Source: Octopus sinensis
Taxonomy: Eukaryota
Assembly: GCF_006345805.1 (NCBI RefSeq)
Contig: NC_042997.1
Coordinates: 13,392,001 to 13,456,000 of the forward strand
Length of the DNA stretch: 64,000 nucleotides
Direction of reading: 5' to 3'
The translations under genes were made by a program, and so were the position numbers. The number at the start of each line of letters is the position of its first letter. Position 1 is the first letter of the stretch. Below the pieces are notes generated by a model. The model made no database searches, had not been told where the DNA came from, and saw nothing but the letters and a program-made list of their open reading frames with translations. Shown piece by piece: positions 13,026 to 27,348 of the stretch.

Positions 13026-13045
13026 ACTGAAAGGAGTACCACCGT

Positions 13046-13046
13046 G

Positions 13047-13139
<93 letters not shown>

Positions 13140-13205
13140 CATACATACATACACATACATACATACATACATACATACATACATACATACATACATACAT
13201 ACATG
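13046..13205. repeat. (AGAT)n followed by (ACAT)n
   Basis: Read directly. Confidence 0.95.
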
Positions 13206-13453
13206 CATCATACATACTGACAGACAGACATATATCTGTGGAAGTTAGACATATATACTTTGATGTGTTAGTGAACATACACTGGTGTGTTAATAAAAAA
13301 AAACCGGTATATTTCGTGTGTAAGGAGAGTTATATGCTCTGCATATGCGTGTGTGAAGAAATAGTTAGTTGGTAGTAAAATGCCTTCAGTTATTAGAATG
13401 AAAGATAAAGAGAGTTATCGAATTGAAATTTGATCGGTAATAAAAAAATATAT

Positions 13454-13700
13454 GCGCCCTTTTAAAGCCTAGCCAGGCTCATGGGCCCGGTTTCCCGGTT
13501 TTAATGGCGTATGTGTTCCCCAGCTGGACGGGACGCCAGTCCATCGCAGCGTTACTCATTTTTGCCAGCTGAGTGAACTGGAGCAACGTGAAATGAAGTG
13601 TTTTGCTCAAGAACACAACGCGTCGCCCGGTCCAGGAATCGAAACTACAATCTTATGATCATGATGCTGACACCCTAACCACTAAGCTACGCGCCTCCAC
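13454..13700 (-). mobile_element. tRNA-derived SINE (family C)
   Basis: Reverse complement starts gtggaggcgcgtagcttagtggttagg...gtttcgattcc; tail aaccgggaaaccgggcccatgagcc resembles the 9.4-kb SINE tail. Confidence 0.8.
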
Positions 13701-14473
13701 AATTTGAATCGTACCATATTAAAAATAACTGACTGGAACCGAATGTTTCTACATGCATACACACTGACACACCTATACGCAAGCAGTCTACTCACAAAGG
13801 AAAATGATCTTAACCATAACATAGATGTATAAATATATTTTTAACCACTTATGCCTTTCACAGAATTCACAACATACACATACACGATGTACACACACAT
13901 ACGCGCGCGCACACACACACACACACAAACATATACACACAGACAAACAAACATATACACACAGACACACGTATTTTCTCTTTCACAAACAGCGTCCATA
14001 GCATGAAAGACAAGTGAGCACGCGCACATACACCAGCGCCTACATAAGCACATAAAACACACTCTTTCTCCCTCTCCCGTTCTGTCTCGCTCTCTCTCCC
14101 TCTTTCTCTGTCTCTAACACAGAAATATTCTCACTGACATCCTATGAGTATAGATATTCAATCTGGAAACGTAAAGACAGACTGGCAGACCTGAAGCGGA
14201 ACTGGAATAGAAAAAGCAAGCCATTGATGAGGTTGCTACAGATGAACTCTGACAAATCAGTGATATATTGGACGAAAAGTTAATCAAACAATCGATTACT
14301 TACTTAAGTTCACTGGTTTAATTAGTTGATTGACTGATGATGATGATGAAGATGATGATGATCACGATGAAAGAAGTGAAAACCACCCAGCAGTGTATGT
14401 TTTTTATTGGCATAATGACCTTTCCAATACATAAAAAAAAATTGTTTCGAGACAGGAATTAACATCAAGAATA

Positions 14474-14880
14474 GGCGTAGGAATGGCTGTGTGGTAAGTA
14501 GCTTGCTTACCAACCACATGGTTCTGGGTTCAATCTCACTGCGTGTCTTCTACTATAGCCACGGGCCGACCAAAGCCTTGTGAGTGGATATGGTAGACGG
14601 AATATGAAAGAAGCCCGTCGTATATACGTATATATGTATGTATGTATGTATGTATGTGTGTATAAGTTTGTATGTCTGTGTTTGCCCCTCCCCAACATCG
14701 CTTGACAGCCGATGCAAGAGTGTTTACATCCGCGTAACTTGGTGGTTCGGCAAAAGATAACGCTAGAATAAGTACTAGGCTTACAAAGGCTAAGTCCTGG
14801 GGTCGATTTGCTCGACTAAAGGCGCTGCTCCAGCATGGCCACAGTCACATGATTGACACAAGTAAAAGAGTAAAAGAGAG
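14474..14880 (+). mobile_element. SINE family A, full length
   Basis: Head and tail match 2318-2760. Confidence 0.85.
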
Positions 14881-15379
14881 TAAGAGTAATCTCAGCAACC
14901 CATTACAAAAACAATATGTATTTGGATTGACAGCTAACATCAGTCACAGATGTTTTATTCATGACTTTTGGAAAAGTCATGAGGGTAACAGACTCCACAT
15001 TCACCCATTCTTAATATGTTTTTGTGTTGAGCTTTTGTGCTGTTTGTGCTAGTAGACGTTGAAAAGAAAAATAAAGGTATTAGGAACATTTCCAATATAG
15101 CATCATTTATATTATGTTAAAGTAAAGAAAAAAAACCTAGCGTTAGAAGTATAAAAAGACAATAAAAAATATCTAATTCCCATAAAAATTAAATTGACTC
15201 TTAAATAACTGGCGTGATAATGATCAATGCTTAATCAATTCTTCTATGGTTAAAAGTAGCTATTTAATTATCACCCATTGCTGAATCATACCAGAAGCCT
15301 ATTTTCAATTATATAGTCCGTACACACAATTTGTCTTCTTTAAGTTGTTTAAAACACACATAATTTATTCTCTTAGAGG

Positions 15380-15640
15380 CCAAGATATCCTTTGCTTTCC
15401 CTTGCCTTCCCAATCTTCTACAATTTTATAATTACCAATTCGGATATTTATTTTTCTATTAATATCACTCCTATTTCTTTTATGCCCATGCCTCCTAAAT
15501 CATTCTTTACGATACATCCCGTCTGTTTAGCCACCTTCCTTTCCCGTGCCATTTTGCTTTCTCTGATATTGCATGATTAGATTGGTTCCCTTGGTGTCGT
15601 AAATGATAAATCTCCGCAGAGGCAATTATATTCTCTCTAA
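15380..15640 (-). mobile_element. Old LINE AP-endonuclease remnant
   Basis: Frame-broken GG.AKQTGCIVKNDLGGMGIKEI resembles the GGVA..VKNDL motif. Confidence 0.35.
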
Positions 15641-15771
15641 TGATTTTTTTCGCGAATTATTTGCTCAGTATTGAAATTATATATATATAATATATATAAT
15701 TATTATTATTAATATCATTATTGTTATTATCATTATTATCATTATTATTATTTTTATTATTATTATTATTA

Positions 15772-15847
<76 letters not shown>

Positions 15848-15996
15848 CATTATTATTATATTAAGACAGCTCTGTTGCAATTTACAACATCCAAAATGCA
15901 TAAGTATAGACGTCACTAAGGAGAGTAAGGGTGCTAGTCAGCACCAGCATTACTAAAAAAACTGAGAGAAAATCTCTTATTCATGGGAAGCACTTA

Positions 15997-16041
<45 letters not shown>

Positions 16042-16400
16042 AGAAAATGAGAAAACTCAGATCAGCAAATAAGACAAATAGACCACATTTAAAGCTTATA
16101 TTTTAATACAAAACATGCCATGACATTTATGCGATATTTGTGACGCTTTCTATTAAATAATAAACCTTAAATGCGGTCTAATTGTTTTATTTGTTGATCT
16201 TAGTTTTTCTTCATTTTCTGCTTCCTGATAATATTCTGTTTATTCTGTCGTTACCTGTACTCCAAGAGCATAGTTAGTCTGCATGTACATGCCCTGAGAT
16301 AACACGGATAATTGATACCGATGGTATAAATGGTTATTTTATCCCCTACTCGCTTAATATAAACACTAACTCTGCTTGTCTATATATATATATAATATAT

Positions 16401-16549
16401 ACCGGAGTAAACACATAAATGTGAAACAAGGTGGAAAAAGAGTACTCAAATACCAGTGGTAGAGTAATATGCTTTATTTTAAGCAGCAGAAAATTCAACA
16501 AAATCTGTTACTCTGAGTTTCTCGTTCCCGTTCATCAGACAGTTTTTGC
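16401..16549 (-). mobile_element. Small hammerhead-bearing repeat (retrozyme/Penelope pLTR-like)
   Basis: Both segments recur at 41484-41632; ends next to a (TA)n tract. Confidence 0.65.
16501..16546 (-). ncRNA. Minimal type I hammerhead ribozyme
   Basis: Minus strand aaaaCUGU CUGAUGA acgGGAAcga GAAA CUC a GAG UA ACAG auuu: complete core, stem I CUGU/ACAG, short GNRA-capped stem II, palindromic stem III, GUA cleavage triplet. Confidence 0.7.
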
Positions 16550-16827
16550 TAGAATGGAACCGATATATCAATTCAATCTAGACTCTTACAAACGCTACAC
16601 CTTTAAAAAGAAATGGACTTGTTTGATTGGCCCTTTAGAAAAAAACGGTCAATCTTCGAGCGATAAACAAAAGGTCAAAAATATATGTATATATATATAA
16701 AAAAGCTTATAAAAAATTATAAAATATATATATAATATAAATATATATATAATATATATATATATAATATATATATTATATATATATATACACATACATA
16801 CATACATACTACATACATCATATATAT

Positions 16828-16875
<48 letters not shown>

Positions 16876-17970
16876 TATGATATCGCTGATTCAAGTTCCT
16901 CTATCAGCGTATGCGAGGGACTCAATGTAAGTTTGTGATTTATTCAAGAGCGTAAGGTGCGCAATTTAAAATATAATAATTTCTAGATGGCCATGCCACT
17001 GTGGATGTAAATGCTTTTGTTGGCAAGTAATATAACGCGTAACTATATTTTGCTTCAATTATATATCTATATATCTCTGAGCGTGCGTGAATTATGCCTA
17101 CTCGAAGTATATGTGCATATGGTAGTATGTGTGTGTGTGTCTGTGTCTGTGTGTGTGTGTGTGTGTGTTTGTGTATGCATAAGAATGCATTCATCATGAA
17201 TACATGTATGTATGTATGTATGTATGTATGTATGTATGCATGTGTGCATGAGCGTGCGTTACGCAACTTCCGAGAATATCACTTCTTTGCCAACTGAAAT
17301 ATTCCTGCCACCCAAATTAATGTACATCTCATCTTGCTTAATTAGGCAACTGTAATTTTGATCTAAGGACTAAATCTTAATAAATTGATAATTAATTATG
17401 AGGCATTTAATTATATGAATTGGAAATATATTTTCTTTATCTAATCTTTCGCAATCATTTCATTTATTTTGAGATTATTTTATATTTATATTTATATTTA
17501 TTCGGGTTATTTTTTTAAGTAGATCATATGCGTTTCATTTACACTAGAAAAGGTTTTCATAATTTTGCTTAAAATATATTTTTATATAGATTTGTTTTGT
17601 ATTTGAAAAGAAAAATGGCATTCTACACTTTTACATTTTCTATGTGTGAGGTCATGTGGGTCTCACTCCGTTGGCTCAGTAGAATAATTACAAATAATTT
17701 GTTAGTGAGCAAAATTCCAAGTCTGTCTCATTTCCAAAATTATGTCAGTTGACTTATGCTGGTTGTTTAATTCGGTCACATGATACAAAAGTGCTATTTA
17801 CCAATATTCATTGCATCACTTTTTTATGTATATACCTTTATATATATAAGTATATAAACATCTTCGTTTTTTTGTAATTGGTTTGCAAGACTTTTTGTAA
17901 GAAATCGTGTATTGAAACAAATTTTGTTGTGTCTTGGGTGAGTCATTACACTAATATTAACAACACATAA

Positions 17971-18201
17971 GGCGGTGAGCTGGCAGAACGTTAGCACGCC
18001 GGGCGAATTGCGTAGCCGTGTTTCGTTTGCCGCTACGTTCTGAGTTCAAATTCCGCTAAGGTCGACTTTACCTTTCATCCTTTTGGGGTCGATAAATTAA
18101 GTACCAGTTTCGCACAGGGGGTCGATGTAATCGACTTAATACCTCTGTCTGTCTTTGTTTGTCCCCTCTATGTTTAGCCCCTTGTGCGTAATAAAGAAAT
18201 A
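17971..18201 (+). mobile_element. SINE family D with a 17-bp target-site duplication
   Basis: taatattaacaacacat at 17952-17968 and 18202-18218. Confidence 0.9.
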
Positions 18202-19456
18202 TAATATTAACAACACATGCATCGGTTCAATCCCACTCCTTTATTGCTAGTCAGTCGGTTAACTAACAGATCCAAATAATTAATTGATCGTTTGTTTAAC
18301 TTCTTAGTTAAAGGAACTGTAATTTTTTGTCAAATTTCTGTCGTCGCCAATCGCAACCTTTTCAGTGACAATCTATCCTTCATTGCAACGGAAGCCGTTC
18401 TTGCTTGTCTGCGATCTTGTTGCTTGTATGCGTGTGTAGATGTGTGTAGTTTATGGAAGCAGATAAGAGTGAGATTCACCGACAAGATTGTGTGTGCTTG
18501 TATGTGCGCGTGTGTATGCGCACGCGCATGTTTATGTGTGACCGCCTGTATGTGTGTTTGCGTGTTAGTGGATGTGTGTGTGTACACAGGCTTTGCTGAT
18601 CGTTTTCGGGGTTCAAATTTTGGCTTTATCCTTTTGCTTTTGTATTGTGTCCAATGTAGATTTATGGGGTTTATGGTGTGAGGTATTAGTTGTCAGGTGC
18701 GTTTAGGGTGCAGTTCTTTCCTGTGGGGTAGGTACCTCAATGCCATGGGTAATTCCCACACAGTGTACTTACACAAGTCCATCCGAGTGGATGCACTTAT
18801 GCATTTCTGGAAGGTTATTTATTATAAAGAGAAAATCTACATACAAAAGGGCGAAACACTCAGGAGAGGCATAAAATATTGGACTTCTACACTGATCGGT
18901 TTTTTCGACTCGAATAATTCGCAATGCACAAGATAGGCAACAAATAAGATATCGCATAAATTTCCATAAAATTATTTTTAACATTCCTTTGTTTGCATTT
19001 ATATTTATATTTGTTTTAGTTTCTTCACTTCACCTCCAAGCTCTTGAATTTTAGAAATATATTTTTTACACATCTATGTTTCATAAAATGGTTAAATACC
19101 CACATATGACCTCGTGAACATCATTTACGACGCAATGCACAAGATTTGTTAGTGAATAAATTCTCTGTCTTATTTTGTAAATTATGTCAGTTGATTGTTC
19201 ATTTTGGTCACATGATACAAAAGTGCTTCGTGAAAACATAGCATATTTACCAATATTCATTGCATCACTTTATTATGTATATACCTTTATATATAACTAT
19301 ATATACATCTTCGATTTTTCGGGCGTACGTTCAGACGTACCTTCATTAGTTCACAATGTACGGGTGACCTTAAAAGAGGACGTCCTTATCCTTGGTCTAA
19401 GCTCCTCCAGCTTCACAAAACTCCATCGTGACAGGATTACTATTTTTTCTTCAGCT

Positions 19457-19529
<73 letters not shown>

Positions 19530-20189
19530 CATTATTATTATTATTATTATTCTCATTATTATTCTCGTTATTATTATTATTATAAATCGTCTCACCACTT
19601 TAAAAATAAGCACAACGTTGCACAACGTGTTTTAATCGAGAAAGCAAGCTAACAGAAATTCTTAACAATATAGATAGCTCTGGATTGACCAAATGTAATT
19701 ATAATTCTTATTTATATCATTATATGATTAAATGCCACGCATCCTCTTCCAAGTAAGTTTTATCTTAATAATTCTGATGCGCTCTCTATACGATCTTTTC
19801 ACTCTTTCGTTTTTCTCTCTGTCTCTCTCTTATTCGTTTAACTCCTCTTCTCCCCCTATTCTATCCTATTACTCTGTCACTCGCTATCCCTCCCTCTTCC
19901 TCCCTTGCTCACATGGCTCCCACTTGTCCATCGGCAATATTTCTTTCTTCTCCAAAAGTGTGTTTCTTTCTCTCCGTTGTAGCTGAAAGAAGGAAGATGT
20001 GCTTTTGTCTGTCTCCTGTCCAATCTTGATTTGCGCGTTCGCCACCACAACCACGTTTAGGCTTAACAGTCCTTCCTGTTTGTTTTCACTGTCCTGTTTG
20101 GGTTACCAATTTTGACTCTCCGCAAAATTCCCAAATTTTATTTAATTTGCAGGAGCAACTGTTTTATCGATAGCGTATATTGTTGTTAA

Positions 20190-20375
20190 ATGCTCGAAAT
20201 ACGAGAGTAGAAAAACAGCCAACAACTGATGAAGGGTAGTTCTCTATGTAGTTTGTCTTGTTTTCCATTTGTGTCGCTCGCTGTTTGTAAAAATAGTTCA
20301 TATTACATGTACTTGTACTTCGTATTTTTTCTGTACACGTTCGTGGCGTCCTATGCCCACATATGGATATATATA
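20190..20375 (+). mobile_element. Penelope pLTR-like repeat tail
   Basis: caaCTGATGAaggg...gcgtcctatgccc, similar layout to the 3.4-kb repeat. Confidence 0.4.
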
Positions 20376-20821
20376 AGTATAGATGTAAGTATGTACATAT
20401 ACGGCCGCTTGTTTAACATGTGTCTCCACACCGAAAAGGTAATTATTTTTCCACGCTTGCTGATATTGTTTTTGTGTCTCCTTTTGTCTCAAAGCCGTAG
20501 GGCGCCTGTGTCATCCTTGTTTTTAACCGTTACTGTCTTCAAAAAAGTTTTTTTCGTTTCATGTTCGTCTCTGTTGCATTGCATTCTTTCCTTCTGGGGC
20601 TGGCCGATTCAGAGCGGATCTCAGAATTAAACAGCCGAAATCTGCGATGAGGAATCGGTTTCTGACTGAAGAACGAAGGCTTTGAATGACCCGTCTGTCT
20701 CTTATGTTCGTCCCTTCGTGTATTTCACGTTATTTATTTATGTAAAGGTTTATTATATTATACGTATGCATATATGCATATATATTATAATTATATGCAT
20801 ATATATTATTATTGTTATTAA

Positions 20822-20852
<31 letters not shown>

Positions 20853-20891
20853 ATTATTATTATTATTATAATTATTATTATTATTATTATT

Positions 20892-21004
20892 GAGTGAGAG
20901 AGCAGTTCATGCCATCAAAGAGACACTGGGGTAAAATATACGAAGCCCAATATACCCATCATGACTACCCGTCTGATAATGGTACACCAGGCACACGCAT
21001 CACA

Positions 21005-21005
<1 letters not shown>
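20892..21005 (-). mobile_element. 5'-truncated copy of the (TAA)n-tailed non-autonomous element delta
   Basis: Near-identical to 31430-31543; (TAT)n on both sides. Confidence 0.8.
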
Positions 21006-21057
<52 letters not shown>

Positions 21058-21074
21058 CATATATATATATGTAT

Positions 21075-21139
<65 letters not shown>

Positions 21140-21389
21140 TATATATATATACATATATGTATATACATATATATATACATATACATATATATACTTAGTC
21201 TCTCGTTATGTGTTTACGTTACGTATTTTTCTCTCATTGATGATGTCCTGTATGTCGTGTATTTTATATATTTTTTAAAAATTTATTTTATCTAGTTTCG
21301 GCTCACGAGCTGTGGCCATGCTGGGCACCGCCATATGTAATCATTTATAATCGAACGCCACGTAGCCTTGTCCACAGTAATATTTTCCT

Positions 21390-21503
<114 letters not shown>

Positions 21504-21556
21504 ATGTATTTACATGTATGGATGTATGTATGCATGTGTGCATGTGCGTGTATTTT

Positions 21557-21697
21557 AGTGTTTGTGCTTGTCCCCATGACTGAGTAGTTCGGTGGAAGAG
21601 ACCGATGGAATAAGTACTAGGCTTAAAGAATAAGACCTGGTGTTGATTCGTTCCAGCACGGCCGCAGTCAAGTGACTGAAACAACTAAAAGAATAAA
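21557..21697 (+). mobile_element. SINE family A tail fragment
   Basis: gagaccgatggaataagtactaggctt...ccagcacggccgcagtcaag. Confidence 0.75.
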
Positions 21698-23277
21698 AGT
21701 ATATGTGTACATGTATGTTTATATATGTACATATATGGGAAAACATACACACACTCACACAGACGTTTACACACACGTACACACAATGTGCTAGTTAAAA
21801 CGGTGTTGTTATCACTTATGATAGAGAGTGCAATCTCCTCCTTCATTTTTTTCTCATCATCCTCATCATTGCCATCACATCACTTTCATGTACCCTAGTC
21901 GCCTTTCGTTTCTTTTTCCATTAATAATCCATTTCTATATTTTTCCTCTTCTCTTTTTTACTCCTTTTTAAAAATTTTATTCATCATAATTTTTATAAGA
22001 AATTTTATTCATTTATATCAATGTAATATTTTTATTTCCAAAATTTCCCTTTGAATTCTCTTTCTTAATTTTTCATACTCATTTCTAATCTTCCGTTATT
22101 TCTGCTTCTTTGCTTAGTGGTCATATTTTTTTTACCTTATTTTTTCAAATCTTTTACTAACTTCAATTTTGTTTGAATTCCAAATTTCTTTACCCTTTAT
22201 TTCAATAATTTTTTCTTCATTATCTTATCATTTTCTTCCTTCTCTATTGCATTGTCTTTCTTCATCATACTCCGATATATATTCCACTGGTATTATATTT
22301 AATTGATAAACACTTTTTGTTCTAACTTTTTGTATCAATTATCATTTGAACCTTAGCCAAGGAGGCATCTATTAATGTGCCTACTGCTCCATTCTTAAAT
22401 GCTTATTCCCAAAATACATTTGTTCTTTCGAAATTCACTTAAATCTAATTTCTTTTTATTCTTCAGCTACCACCTATGGATTTTTTTTCTCTGAAAGTGA
22501 ATACAAGTCAGTATACTTCTAAGAAACCCTACCCAACTAATTATCTTTCAAGATCACACATTCTCAAACACAAGTGCGATTGTACAATCATACAAAATGA
22601 GAGATAGAACAATTATAAGAAATAATAAAACACAAACATCCCACACACACACTAACACTTGCATGGAAACTTATGTGTAAGTATCACACAGGTAATTTCA
22701 TAAAACACTTACAGCTTGGCGTTGGCTCTTCCAATACATGCATACCCACACACATCGTATACACAGATATGTATATGTGTAGGTGTGTGTGTGTCAGTAA
22801 GTGTATGTATACGTATAAATATATATAAATACATATCTAGTCTAATATAGCTTTTGTATTTGTATGTCTATTTCTATAAATAAACACACAAATAGATAAA
22901 TAAATAATACACTAATAGAAAACAAGACACTCTTACACACACATACACACACACACATGTACAGAGATATTATTTTAATGTAAGTAAAATTAGGCAAAAG
23001 AAAAAAGCGCAAAGCAATCTTCCCATGTCAAATTGATCTGAGAAAATAATTCCAGACAAATATTGTATTCATAACAATAATAATAACGATAACAAAATAG
23101 TATGGACAAATAAATATGACTGACAGATTCTATGTAAATACAGGGAAAAGTAAGTAGTAATTAACTAGTTATAATATATAGATTCACACTTCAAGGCGGG
23201 CAAAGAAATCTATGTCTTTTTATAAGAGTAAGTGGGGATGTAATAAAATAGCAATAGTTATATGAATGTGTGCGTGT

Positions 23278-23325
<48 letters not shown>

Positions 23326-24040
23326 ATACATAAATATATATGTCTGTGTGTGTACATATAAATAAACATATATATATATACATAAAAATATACATAAATA
23401 TATATTTATACATAAGTACATATAATTTATATATATAATAAATCTCTCTCACTCTCTCTCTCTCTCTCTCCCTGTAAATATATATGTGTGTATGTATGTA
23501 TGTGTGGTGCGGGTGCGTGTGTGTGTGTTATAAATGAATGTGGATATGTCTATATAGTCCTTTCATTTATATATACACACATATTAATATCTATGACCAA
23601 ATATACGAAAATTACATCTTTCCTATTTTGGCTTGTAATACTTTTTAAGATGGCATTTCTGTACGTAAATTCCTTTCATCTTTTTGCCGTATTTTTTATT
23701 CATTTATATATATATCTCATTTTTTAAAATATTTTCTCTACACAAATTGAAAACTATCGATAAATTTATAGGAGCATATTTCCCTATGGATGGATATTCG
23801 TATATATAAAATTGTGTATAAGCATATATAGACACGATGCATATTACACACAGACTTCCAAATATTTTTATATATCAATGTTTGTTTCTACACACACAAA
23901 CACATGTGCACATACGCTCACAGATACAAAAACACATACACACATAAAAAAATCATATATATATATACTCGTATATATAGTTTGTAATATATATATGTGT
24001 ATATAATGTATATATATGTATATATATATATATGTGTATG

Positions 24041-24103
<63 letters not shown>

Positions 24104-24907
24104 GTGTGTGTGTGGTGTGTGTGTGTGTGTGTGTATATGTATATCTATATATTGCTATATATATATATGTATATGTGTATGTATGTATGTGGTAAATATG
24201 TTACGTATAAGTGTGTGTGTATGCATGACTGTATGGATAAATGAATGGGTCGCTGGCTGGCTGGATGGATGGATGGATGCACAAGTGCGAACCTGTTTAT
24301 CTTTTCATAGTGTGTATAGTATTGTATTTTAGACAGATATATTGAAAGAATTATACATATTTGTATTAACATTCACAATAAACATATATCTATATCCTTG
24401 GGTATGTATACATACACACACGTTTAAATGTATATATGTATTTATAATTATATATACATATGCGCATACATGTTTGTGTGTACGTGTGTGCGTGAGAGAG
24501 GGAGAGAGAGAGAGTTCGTGTATTTGCTGACACGTATGTATATAAGTTTAGCAGAAAATGTAAAGCTTTTACGTGGTGAAAAATTATAGGCATATATAAT
24601 TATATATTGCATATAAATATCTTTTTATAGATATGCATATATATATATATGTCTCTCCTTCACTCTCTCTCTCTCGTACATACATACACACACAGATATA
24701 TATATATACACACACACGCGAATTGTGATAAGCTATGAATGTATATATACATGTATACATCATTATAATCATAATATATATATATATATTTATGTATGTA
24801 TGTATGTATATATATATATATATGTGTGTGTGTGTATGTATGTATAACCGTATACTCCTTATGCGTTCCTGAGGGTATCTTCACATATTTTTCTCATATA
24901 TATATTA

Positions 24908-24938
<31 letters not shown>

Positions 24939-24941
24939 ATA

Positions 24942-24977
<36 letters not shown>

Positions 24978-25321
24978 TGCATGTATATATATGTATATGT
25001 ATATAGGTACAGGTAGCCCTCTGTACAAATACAGACACACGTGTGTGCGTGTGTGTGTGTGGAGAGAGGAAATGGAGCGACAAAGGGTCGGACTGAGAGC
25101 AGAGAAAGATGTAACTTAGCCGCAGAGCGAAAAGAGTTGGAGTGGTTAAGTTGAAATTATCCAGGTTTTATGTTTATTTTCTTTGTATATCCTCTTAATT
25201 TGAATGGAAATTGTATTCAAATATATGTTAAACGCAATTATCAACACATACACTAACATATGGATACATTCCTCTGCATACGTATATAATATACGTTTAT
25301 GTGTGCCCGCGTGTGTGTGTG

Positions 25322-25361
<40 letters not shown>

Positions 25362-25424
25362 CTGATAATAAACTACAGATCCTTCTTTAGGAATTTGTTT
25401 TCTGTATTATTGACAATAGTATAT

Positions 25425-25455
<31 letters not shown>

Positions 25456-25589
25456 CATCGGTATTCATATATACAGAGAAACTCACACGCTTTCTATTCG
25501 ATTCAGTTTCTTCTTCTCTCTCACACAAACCCACTCTTATATATGTGTATGTATATATAACAGATATATGTCTGTGTATATATGTATAA

Positions 25590-25677
<88 letters not shown>

Positions 25678-25713
25678 ATATATATATGTATATATATATA
25701 CATAATAATATTA

Positions 25714-25757
<44 letters not shown>

Positions 25758-26348
25758 ATATACAAATATACATGTATATATATAAATTTATATATTATAT
25801 ATATATTACATAATCCTTACTACATATATATATATATTCACATATATATATATGTATGCATGCAGTATGTATGTATGTATGTATGTATGTATGTATGTAT
25901 GTATGTATGTAGTATTGATGTATTATGTATGCATGTATGCATGCATGTATGTATGTATATATACGTGTGTGTGTTTATTCATGTGTATATGTCTATAAGC
26001 ATATGTATATATACCGAATAATAATCAACTGGTTTTTTTCACCTTGACTAAATTGCCGATATTAGCATTTCACATATAAATTAATGGCCTTTTACAATTT
26101 TTTCTTCTTTTTTTTTCTCTCAATCAAATCAAACGTTAAAAAATTAATTATTCCATCCTTATATTCACAATTATTTACTTTTCCTATTGAGTAATCATTT
26201 CTTTGCAGTTATATAATTATGACTTGTATTTCTTTCTTATTAAGACATTTTGCTACTTGTCAAAATGTAATTGGAACATCGTAAAAAAAATGATTGATAA
26301 ATTACATGTACGTGTGTGAATATAGACACACACATACACACACAAACA

Positions 26349-26392
<44 letters not shown>

Positions 26393-26634
26393 ACACATAT
26401 ATATATATATACAAAGTATATATACGTTCAAGTATATATATAAATATACTTATGCCTATAGAAATATATGTATATATGTAGATATATGTGTGTATATATA
26501 TTTTTATATAAGTATACATAATATATATATATATAACACACACATATATACAAAACACAACACACACACACACACCACACACACACACATATAATATATA
26601 TATATAATCTATATATATATATTATATATATATA

Positions 26635-26673
<39 letters not shown>

Positions 26674-26875
26674 CATACGCTAGTATATGTATATGGTTAA
26701 CTATTTTATCTATGTTTACTTGGAAAAGAACTTTGCTATTTTCTCTCATCATACATGTCACACTTCTTCTGAATATATCCTAACATTAATACCATACACT
26801 TTGCACGGAGCTTCATATTTGTAAGTGCGCAATCACAATAGCATCTGTAAGCCCGTGAGTGTGTGTGTGTGCGTG

Positions 26876-26933
<58 letters not shown>

Positions 26934-27184
26934 TCATGAATGCTAGCTTGTGCTCTCATTTGAAATTTTGTGCGTGCAACGAAAAAGATAAATATGCATT
27001 AGAGTTCAGTAAATGTTTAATTGTGCATGTTTGTCTTTTGTTTCTAAATATGAATAATTTATCTCCTAGTTGCCGCAGTCATGGATCTGCGCCCGTTCTG
27101 GTTTGCTGCCTTGAAAGTTTTTGTCGAAAAAAGCCATCCCATTTCTTATGTTTGAAGTGTGTACTGTTTAGTCTTTTGTCCATC

Positions 27185-27221
<37 letters not shown>

Positions 27222-27332
27222 CACACAAGACATTGGCTGGGTCGGTGTTATAGTAGAAGAATAGATGACTGAACCCGAAACCATGGTGCTGCAAACCGAA
27301 ATTCTTGATCATGTAGATATGCCTGTGCATAT
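27222..27332 (-). mobile_element. Degenerate SINE family A head
   Basis: caagacattgg...tatagtagaaga...gactgaacccgaaaccatg. Confidence 0.55.
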
Positions 27333-27348
27333 GTATGTCCTTATACAG

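Noticed and set aside
14132-14282. Strong acceptor followed by a 54-codon open frame
   Set aside because: The pyrimidine tract is a (CT)n microsatellite, there is no good donor and no homology I recognise
16255-16293. 39-nt minus-strand microexon candidate GMYMQTNYALGVQ (ctcag|...CAG|gtaacg)
   Set aside because: Good signals but no supporting neighbouring exon or known protein; needs RNA-seq
17248-17355. LRR-like peptide NITSLPTEIFLPPKL
   Set aside because: 35-codon ORF starting in a microsatellite, no splice support
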